From Felis catus (lineage: Eukaryota), in assembly GCF_018350175.1 (NCBI RefSeq), contig NC_058368.1, positions 19,594,001-19,658,000 of the forward strand: a stretch of 64,000 nucleotides of DNA. The letters are read 5' to 3'. Below are positions 53,463-64,000 of this stretch, piece after piece. The notes under the pieces are model-generated. The model worked only from the letters and a program-made list of their open reading frames with translations. It did not search any database and had not been told where the DNA came from. The position numbers and the translations under genes are program-made. The stretch's first letter is position 1, and each line of letters begins with the position of its first letter.

Positions 53463-55380
53463 AAGAAACACTGCATAGAAAGACACCTTTGCTGGAGCTT
53501 GAAATTATAGATACAATAACTAATCCATAAAGTACTAGAGCTTGAATGGTTAAGTAATTAACTTGTCTCTATCGAGATGTAACAAACTATTCAAAGGAAA
53601 TTTTGGCTCAAGTACCGGGAAGTAATAGATACCAAATTCCAGAAGAGGTGCAAAAACATATACAGAGGTGACCAAAAAAGTTTCCAAAAGCTATTTACAT
53701 AACTCTTAAACTCTCACCCACGTTGAAGGTGCTAAAGGGTCAGGACTAGGATGTTTCAGGAGAACTTTGGAAGATTTCTTTATAAAAAGCCTATACTGTG
53801 AATCTCTTCCCCTTCCCCCAAAGGGAAAGAGGTAGGAGGGGCTATCTCCCCCCAAGTCAAGAGAGAGGAGGGCTTGAAGTATGGCACCTCACTTACAGGC
53901 TTAAAATATGGCACTTAGAGGTTGGGTGACATGGTGGTCTGGTGACCAAGTTATGCCCGAGAAATCCAAAGGGCAAGAGGCTGGCTAAAGCTTCCAGTGG
54001 CATCAGAGTAGAGAGCTAAGGTGTGGGAAGCCACTGCCGTCCAGAGTTTGTCAAAGCCAGAGACGAATGAATGCATACCCATGGACCAGATGTGGGTTTT
54101 GTAAAAGAAAGGAGCCAGTATCTTAGATTCTATGCAAGAGGACTTTCTGGAGAGGTTGGGGGATCCCACTGATTGGTAAGGGCCATAGTTAGTATAACAA
54201 GAAAAAAGCTGAATAGTTACATCCCATGCCTGTGGATGGGAGGTTAAGAGTGCTCTTCCTTTTGGTGTGTGTGGGGGGTGGGTAGGTATGTGGGGGATGT
54301 GGGGGTGTGTGGGTATGATGGGGGGGGGGGGACCAAGGAAGTACAAAAGCCACCATAAGAGAAATAAGCCACTTTAGACAACTTCAAAATCCAGAGAAGG
54401 TTGAAGCTAAACCTCCATCATAGGACCAGTGAAGGAAGAACTTTACTGTCCCTCTTCCCTTTCTTCTGTCCCTTCTTCAACCCTGGAAGGATTCAAACCC
54501 AAGGCAAGTAAGGTGGAGAAGGAAGAGTACAATATCTCGGAAAGCAAAGGAAGAAGATGGCTGCTTTCTCTCTTGTTCAACTGCAGGAGAGACACCTTGG
54601 GGAGTTCAAAGCTTTGATTACTTTATATGGGAACGGAACATCTTAATTACTAACTGGGATTGTGTTTTTTAACTTAAAGTGACCAGGAGGAGCCATAGCG
54701 TCTACTTGAGTTTTTCTTTAGGGACAAGGGTAGAGCTAGCCCTGTTGACAAATACAAAGGGACAATGGAAAGCAAAACCAAAAATGCTTTATGATTACAC
54801 CTCATGAATCATGCCTGTCTGAGGTAGGGTTACCAGGACTGTGTAATGGTGGGAAGTCTGATGCTGGCACATAGGACCATAGGAAATGACATTCTTCTTG
54901 AATCATGACACAGCTCCACCCCTGCAGCCTTGGGCACAGCTCCTTCATCTACACAATGAGGGTTTTCAACCACCCGATTCAGTGGGGTGTCTTCTCTATC
55001 TAAACTCTTACGTGACTCTAGGGACGGCAGGTGAAGAGAGGTTGGGTGAGGAATTTGTTTCCTGGAGATGATTTAAGACCTAATTTTTGGAGGTCTTCAT
55101 TAGAGACCCCGCTATTGTCAGGCTGTATCTTAAGCATGTCCCATTAATGATCACTGTTCAATAATGAGAAGATGGAACTTCCCAGATATCACCAGCTATT
55201 AAAGAAACAGCCAGTCTTTCCCTCCTTGTGGGCCCTCTGCTCCTAGATAAAAGTGAGATATGAAGCGGTCTCCAGAGGTTTAGTGGTGGGGTGCCACACA
55301 GTGACTGACAGTGAGCCTTTAGATGTCTATTATTCTGGATTCGCAGCGGCGGGGTGGGCAGAGCTCAAAACCTCTTTCTT

Positions 55381-55413
55381 TTCTTTTCCTTTTTTCCAAG
55401 TTTATTTATTTAT

Positions 55414-55463
<50 letters not shown>

Positions 55464-55622
55464 CAAGTGGGGAAGGGGCAGAGAGAGAAGGAGAAAGAGA
55501 ATCCAAGCAGGCAGTGCAGTGCAGAGCCCCTGCTGGGGCTTGCTCCCCTGAACTGTGAGATCATGACCTGTACCGAAAATAAGAGTCTGATCCTTAACTG
55601 ACTGAGCCACCCGGGTGCCCCC
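55381..55622 (-). mobile_element. SINEC with (GA)n
   Basis: TSD aaacc(t/c)ctttctt. Confidence 0.9.
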
Positions 55623-56477
55623 AAACCCCTTTCTTCAAGCTTTGATCCTATGAGGCCTTTAGCAGGTGCCCACAAAACCCCATTCCTCCACCATGCTCGG
55701 GGGCAGCAAGAGAAGGGATCTTAACTGTATTTTGTGTTCTTCACATTCTGCACTGCTTAGTTGTAGATTTCACCATGATTCTAATAACATATGCCAGTTG
55801 GGATAATGAAAAAGTTCTAGTGTTATTTATTCACACCAATCTAAACAAAACCAAAAACTCCTACTTAAAAAAAAAAAATCTACACTTGGTCTCTCCCTTT
55901 GTGAGAGAAGAGTTCAAGGCAGGCCCCTCTTAGACCCCATTCAAGTATCTCAAGTCATTTGTCACAAGTCAGTCACAGGGCTAGCTAGCGTCATTGCAGA
56001 TGCTACTGGAACATTCCTTTGATGGAAGAACATTCACCCACACCAGGATGTGTCCTGAGAGGTCATTGTGATTATTTTTTTTTCCGATTTAGTCCAAAGG
56101 TCAAATACTGTCTGTCTGATAATGTCTGTTAAAGTATATCCATGTGGCCACACCTGTTGAAACATTTTAAGAGAAATACACATAAGGCTAGGAATTCACT
56201 AAGTCTGACAGACTGGACCAAGAAATAAACCATCCAAAGCAGCTAGAAAGCAAAAGGAAGTGGAGAAATCTAGAATTTATTGAATGATGTATAATGTGCT
56301 AGGGATTTTTACATGTATTTTCTCTTTTGAACCTCACCACATATGCACAGATCAATAGGAAATTTGTCAGAAACTGTTGACAACACCCATCTTATTCTGT
56401 GGGTGTTACCATTATCATTCCCATCTTACATATGCAGAAACTGAGACTCAGAGGGTTCAAAGACTTTTTAAAGCCAC

Positions 56478-57152
56478 GGTAGTGGGTTGAATTGTGTCCC
56501 CCTAAAAGTCCTAACCCCAGGTACTTGTAAATGCAAATTTACTTAGAGATAAGATCTTTGTAATTAAGGATCTTGAGATGAGGTCATCCTGGGTTTAGGG
56601 AGAGCTTTCAATCCAGTGACTGGTGTCCCCGTAAGAGAAGGGTGGATTTGAGAAATAGAGACGCACAAAGAAGGCATTGTGGGGGCACCTGGGTGACTCA
56701 TTCGGTTAAGCATCCGACTTCGGCTCAGGTCATGATCTTGCAGTTCGAGAGTTCGAGCCCTGCATTGGGCTCTGTGCTGACAGCTCAGAGCATGGAGCCT
56801 GCTTCAGATTCTGTGTCTACCTCTCTCTGTCTGTCCCTCCCTCACTCACACTGTCTCTCTCTCAAAATTAAATAAGCATTTAAAGGTAAAAAATAAAAAG
56901 AAGGCCATATGAAGATGGGGGCAGAGACAGGAGTGATGCATTTATGTGCCAAGGAATGCTAAAGACTGCCAGCAGCCACCAGAAGCCTGTAGGGTCATGG
57001 GATGGGTTCTCAGAGCCTCCGAGCCTTCAGGAACCTCCCCTGCCAGCACTTTGATTTCAGACTTCTGATCTCCAGAACTGTGAGATGATAAATTTCAGTT
57101 GCTTATGACTCCATGTTTTCGGTTGTTAGAGCAGCTCCAGGAAATTCATACA
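56478..57152 (+). mobile_element. MLT1 LTR interrupted by a SINEC (about 56681-56898)
   Basis: gggttgaattgtgtcccc...gccaaggaatgc...ccagaactgtgagatgataaatttc; SINE TSD aagaaggc. Confidence 0.8.
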
Positions 57153-57925
57153 GCTGCCCTCTGCTAAGTGAAGAAGCTGGCACCAACATGGGCACAGGGG
57201 TAGGGGTAGGGACTGCCCGTCTGAGCCCTAAGCTAGGTCAGGTCCCGCTACTTTTGTGACTGTTAACAGTAATGAGGTATGCATGTCCCTTTGTTCTTCT
57301 GGGTCTGAGTTAAATGAGAAACTACATCACAAGTGCCGAAGATGAGAATTAGACCTGTCACGCCGTATGGTTTTTGAAGAACAGAAAATGCTATTCAGCC
57401 TTTAGGGCACCCACTAGCTTTTAAGAAACACATAGGTATGCTGAGAAGAGTCTAGCAAATTCCAGGTTAACTGGAGCATTTTTTCTCAATGTGCCATTGG
57501 CCTGTGCTCCACAGTAAATTTTTACCAGCTGGACATTTTTTTTTCCTTACTCAAAGTTTGTATCACTTTGGATTTTGTGTAGCTCTGCCCACCTCCCCGG
57601 AGGTGGGTCTAGACTATGGGGACAGTATCCAGGCTTATGCAGAGAGGACAGAGAAGTTAGCAAGGACTTCCTTGGGTCACCCCAGGTGCCACCTCTTTGA
57701 TGTGTGGTCTCTCCTCTTCATATGTGTCCAGCAAACAGAAGCTCGATGCGCTGGTCTGGGCCACGTGCCCCTACGCAGGTGATCTATGCCTGGGCTGCAG
57801 AGGAAAGGCACAAGACGCTGAACTGTTCTTTCCCATCCTAACTTCTCAGGAGGAGCCGGGGCCTCAAACCAAGTTTCTAACACTTGCCAACAGGGACTTC
57901 TGCAGTTAGAAAGTCCACTACTTCT

Positions 57926-58146
57926 GGGGCGCCTGGGTGGCTCAGTCAGTTAAGAGTCCGACTTCGGCTCAGATCATGATCTCCGGGTTCGTGAGTTCGA
58001 GCCCCAGGTTGGGCTCTGTGCTGACAGCTTAGAGCCTGGAGCCTGCTTCGGATTCTGTGTCTCCCTCTCTCTCTGCCCCTCCCCTGCTCATGCTCTGTCT
58101 CTCTCTGTCTCAACAATAAATAAGACATTAAAAGAGAAAAAAAAAA
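57926..58146 (+). mobile_element. SINEC
   Basis: TSD agaaagtccacta. Confidence 0.93.
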
Positions 58147-59744
58147 GAAAGTCCACTAATTCTGTAGCTGAAGAAACAGAGGCTCAACCTGGGCCTCAAG
58201 CTCTTAGCCATGAGCAGCAGAACTGGAAATAGAATCGGGGCCTTTGATTTCTATCCCAGAACTTTTTTTTTTTTTTAACTACACACAAGTGTTTTTCCAG
58301 AATTTAGCTTGCATGAGAATCATCTAGAAAACATGTCTTAAAATACAAGTTTGAAGGCCTGGCCCCCAGAAATTGTGATCCACTCCGGGGTGGAGCCCAG
58401 GAATTGTCACTTTGGTAAGCAATCCTAGGTGAGTCTGATGTGTGTGGCCCACGGCCTAAGGGTGTAATGACAGCCCCCATGAACAGATCACCTTTCCCTG
58501 AGAAACCCACTGCACTTCAAAAACGCTATCGTTCCCCTTCTGGCAGGTTTAGGGAAGAGCTCCTGGGTGGGTTCGGGCTTGGAGGGAAGACGACAATTCC
58601 TCAGAGTGAGTTCAGTGGCAAGGTACTAGTTACGGCAATAGAACCTGTCTCCAGCGCTCCTGGATCTTCCAGTGTCTGCAACGTGATTCTGGAATAAAGA
58701 CGATTTCGGCTCTCCCAGCTGGACGAGCGGGACCCCGAGATGGCCTAGATGGTATGTTCCCTGCCAGAGGGTCAAAGGAGAGGCGAGCTGCTTCGAGATG
58801 TCTGCCCGTGCCTTAGGTCATGGAACACCCAGGAGAACCCTCAGGAGCCCAGTGATGCCATCGTGGTGCCATCTTAAAGAGGAAACCAGCTTTCACTGCT
58901 GTTCTGACTGTGAAGAAGTCTACCTGCACGTGGGATAACACTAGTGAAAATAACTCAGAGGTTAGAAGCCGCTTTCACGGACATTACCTGCATCCTTTCT
59001 GTGAGTCTATGTGAGGGTCCAGTGATTCCCAGTTATTAGCCTACACAGCTTACTTAACCTTCTGTTTTCTTTTGTCTAAATCTTGGCTTTTATTTCATAT
59101 CTCTACAGATCTTCCTCTGTGTTTAACACACTCAAGTGGGGTGCACTGTTGGGGTGCTCTCAGACAGGCAGTCCTGCCTACCCTCCTCCTTCCTGGTATT
59201 GGTCCAATTTTACAAATAATTACATTGTGATTATTTGATGATTGTCCTCCCCTCCGGGCTGCGAGCTTCATGTACACTCCCAGACATAGCCCAGAGCTGG
59301 CAAGGCACAGTGGTGGGTGAATGAATAAACAGATGACGAAATAACTGACGAATCAACCCTTTATGTAACAAAGGGCTGTTGGCTGCACAACTTTTTGTTG
59401 GGTGACAAGCGAGAAGGGTTGAGTTCACCCAAGTGCTGACCAGGCTTGGAGACCTTGCCCCACATGGCAGATAAAGGGGTTCTGCCACGTCTCAGACTAC
59501 ACTCTTCATCTCCCCTCAACCTGAATGCACCCCATCCTGCTCTCCCTTGCCCTCCTCCCAGTGATGGGCACAGCCATCCCCTTTTTCACATCATCCTTGA
59601 CACTGGCCTCTCCCACACTGATGAAATCCAGCCCATCCCCAGCTAGGTGACTCTGATCGACCTCCCCAAGCTCCTTCACAAGCTGCCAGCTCCTCTTCAC
59701 CCACACCTCACTGACACCAGTGTCACTTCTACAGATGTGTGCCT

Positions 59745-59890
59745 CCAATGTTAAAGGCCATGCAAATCACCCAGGGACCTTGTTAAAATGCAAAGCCTGA
59801 TGCAATAGGTTGGGGCCTGAGATTCTGCATTTCCAACAAAGTCCCAGGTGAGGCCAATGTTCCTGGTGCACAGACCACACTTTGAGTAGT
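59745..59890. mobile_element. MER5A-like DNA element (similar copies at about 1675-1790, 11440-11570 and 58290-58455)
   Basis: cttgttaaaatgca...ggggcctgagattctgcatttccaacaa...gaccacactttgagtag. Confidence 0.7.
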
Positions 59891-62003
59891 CAGATGTCAT
59901 TTCTAAAATTTAAATCTCAGTCATTCCTTCCTTAAAATTCTTCAGTGGCTCCCTATTGCCCACAAGACCTTATGCCATCGGTTTTCTGCCTTCTTGTCCA
60001 ATCCACGGTTCTGCATATCTCCCATCTCTGCAGTTCCTCAAATGGTGACACGTTCTCTTGTGCCTATGCTGTTCCTTCTGCTTGGAATGCCTTCCAACCT
60101 CTCAGGCTCCCTCCCCTAGCTAATTCCCACTGGACTGTTAGGATTCACCCCGTCATCACCTCTGCCAGAAAACCTTTCTAGATTCCATCCACTCACTCCC
60201 CAATGCCAGAGTCAGCTACAAGGCATCAAAGGAGCACTCCTGAGATCTCTCACGGCTCTTATCACCTTGGGATGCACTGGCCTCTTTACCTGCTTGTCTC
60301 CCCACCTAGACCTAAGAAACAGAGCCTGGGACAGTGCAAGTTCACAGCTGTTTGCTGGAGGAAGGATAGACTCACAGAGGGATACCCTGTCCTCTCTGGG
60401 CTGCCCCTCAAGTCCTCTTCAGTTGGCACCTGTCTCTTAAATTGTTTCTAGGGAATGCTGTTAAAAGAGAGGGGGTCTATTTACCATACCCCAGCTCCTG
60501 CCTCCACCAGATTTATGTCTCTTTGGCCTTAAGATTAACAATTCTCTTTACTTTTGTTTGCAGCAGAATACTGGGGATCCCTGAATCGGCAACTCTTGCT
60601 GCACTGGGGTTCCCACCATTCGGCACACCATCCACTGGACAGGTCTTCTTGAGTCAGAAGGCTGGCCCTGACTCCTGAGAATCAGATGCCTTGCCAGACA
60701 CCCCAAACTTTCCCAGAGTGATACAGAGCCACCGAGGCCTGGCTGTTCACCTAGGGGCCCCCATCCTCTCCTCTCCCTATCTCTTCACTGCTGCCCCAAA
60801 CCCTGGTGAAATTCCAAAGTGCTGTAAGGCTCACCCAAGCCCAATGCCATTATTGGCTGATCTACTCTAAAGCTGCGTTCCATGATCTAGGGCTGTCATT
60901 AGAAAAGGAACAGGACCAAGAGGCAGATGGTGTGAGTTCTAATCCTGGTCCTTCCGTTTGCTACCTGCCTAGCCATATGTAGTCACTTTGCTTCTCTAGG
61001 TCTCTGTTTCCACGTCTGTACAATGGGTTTATGTACCTTCCTTGTCAACCCACAGAGTTGTGGTGCTGGCTACATGAGTTGGTGAGTGTGAAAGTGCTTG
61101 TCAAGCAGAAACGGATGTGCAAAGGCTAGGTAAGTAGATGCATTAATAAAGATGAGGGCCAGGCCTCAGAAAGGGGGAAGGCAGGTGTTTGCCTTTACAT
61201 GTCTCAACTTCCACCTTCTGTTCGTTTCCATACCAATGCCCATAGAGACCATCTAATCCCAGAGGAAAAGCTGGGTGTGTAAGTTGCTGACCACATGAGT
61301 GTACATTCATTGAGTGTATTACCTCCTTGGGACATTTTAATTTTGAATGAAGGAGAGAGATTCGAAGGAAGGAATTGATCCTGTCTTGAGGCCTGTGTGA
61401 ATGGGAATACATGTGGCAGGGAGACTGTCCTATGTGGAACACTTTGACTTCACCGGCAGGGAAGGGCCTTGCTCTAGAGCCTTCGCCTTATGCCCTGCCC
61501 CTTTCTCAGGCTACAGAGAACTGGAATTGAGAAGTTTGCTGGGCATCAGGAACCACAAGTGACGGGACCATTAGGGGATTCAGCCTGTGTGTTCTAAAAG
61601 GCCTGCAGGGACGATGAAGCACAATGAAGCACTGTGGCCTTCTCTGAAAAGCTGTCAGCCTGCTCCAGGCCTCTAAGCCTGCTCAGAGTGGAAAAGAATG
61701 ATTGTCCCCGAGCACACCAGAGGCATAGGTGACTCAGCTGCTCTCTGTCCCTATGTGTCTCTAGCTGGAGTTGTCTCAGCCTCTCTTCTCTCCCATTCTG
61801 ACTTTTAAAGAGAGCTGTAGGGTCTCTATTCACAAACACTCACACATGGTGGGCTCATGGTGAAGTGCCCAGAACCAAGTTCTAGACAGATAGCAGTACA
61901 GCCTGGAAGGTGGAAATATGGCCTTGGATAATCACAAAAGTGGGGGAAAAAAATGAAGCAGGCCTTATTGAAGAAGTTGTTTCCCCAAACCTCTTCTCAG
62001 GAC

Positions 62004-62009
62004 TTTATT
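62004..62009 (-). terminator. CCDC70: Candidate polyadenylation signal for CCDC70
   Basis: AATAAA on the minus strand about 120 nt after the stop codon. Confidence 0.65.
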
Positions 62010-62126
62010 AGGTCTTTTGAAGCAAGGAGACAAACAAGTGCCTATTTTCTCCAGCACGTTGGGTCACCCTGGACTTGAATCCCTATCCAACAGAGTCTAG
62101 ACCCCATGTCCCTTCATGTCCTGTTC

Positions 62127-63098
<972 letters not shown>

Positions 63099-63773
63099 TC
63101 AGCCAACAAGGACAGGGATGCTCAACTAGGATATCAGAACACACAAGTGTGACACGATCACTTCAAGGGGTGTGTCACAGTTTTCTTTTACTTTTAAATA
63201 ATAAAGTACTGCAGCCCCTCAATGCTTTACTTTTGTTAAACCAATGAGAATTCATTTGAAGTTTCGTCATTCTCACTTGGGGATTGCTCATAACCTTCTC
63301 ATGGCCATGCTCGCAGCAGGGTGCCACAGGTGTGAGTGTTCTGTTAAGGCCACCTGAAAAGCAGAGGGTGAGACCCACTGGCCTAGGGGGTACTGTTTTA
63401 GTAGAAGAGTCTATTTGGGGAACAGAGACTTAAAACAGTAAGGTAAAAGACAATGCCAAATGTTAGCAAGGATACAAATAAGAGGAGCTCTCACAATATC
63501 AAGTAATATTGAACAATAGGGAAGATACTTTATGACTCACTAGCTCTACTTCCAGATATGTACCCTGAGGAATCTTATGAATTGTGACCAGGAGACAGGT
63601 ACAAAAATGTCTGAGGAGACTTGTTCATAAACGCTCAACTGCAACAATCCAATGGCCATCACAATAGAATGGAATTTAAAAATGGTAGTATATTCATGCA
63701 ATGGACAGCATAGCTATGTGCAACAATGTGGATGAATAGTATAAACATAATTTTTAAAGAAAGAAGCAGGATT

Positions 63774-63966
63774 GGGGCACCTGGGTGGCTCAGTCAGTTA
63801 AGTGTCTGACTTGGTTTCGGCTCAGGTCATGATTTCATGGGTCGTGGAATTGAGCCCCACATCAGGCTCTGCACTGACAGGGGAGGCTGCTTGAGATTTT
63901 TTTCTCTCCCTCTCTCTATATGCCCCTCCCCTGCTCTCTCTCTCTTCAATAAACAAGCATATAAAG

Positions 63967-64000
<34 letters not shown>
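63774..64000 (+). mobile_element. SINEC followed by (AG)n running off the window
   Basis: ggggcacctgggtggctcagtcagttaag head. Confidence 0.9.

Overview
Mammalian genomic DNA, almost certainly felid (cat lineage), judged from abundant SINEC_Fc-type tRNA-derived SINEs and cat-type L1 elements. The only protein-coding gene I can support is CCDC70 (minus strand, single coding exon 62825-62127, 232 aa) near the right end. The rest is intergenic or intronic and rich in repeats. It holds two TSD-flanked L1s with full 5'UTRs in tail-to-tail orientation (19280-24762 +, with a ~1.3 kb internal deletion; 44626-52629 -, with four nested younger insertions), a decayed gamma-type ERV env/LTR remnant (16.6-18.3 kb), several solo LTRs, about 25 SINEs, older MIR/L2/MER/MLT fragments and microsatellites. 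I find no evidence for a novel multi-gene biological system. The most interesting observations concern retrotransposition and repair history: a ~75-bp target-site duplication, a reused insertion site, templated repair patches, a possibly spliced L1, and L1-borne CTCF motifs. Repeat family names come from recognition by eye, not from a database search, and most other ORFs in the track are spurious or repeat-derived.
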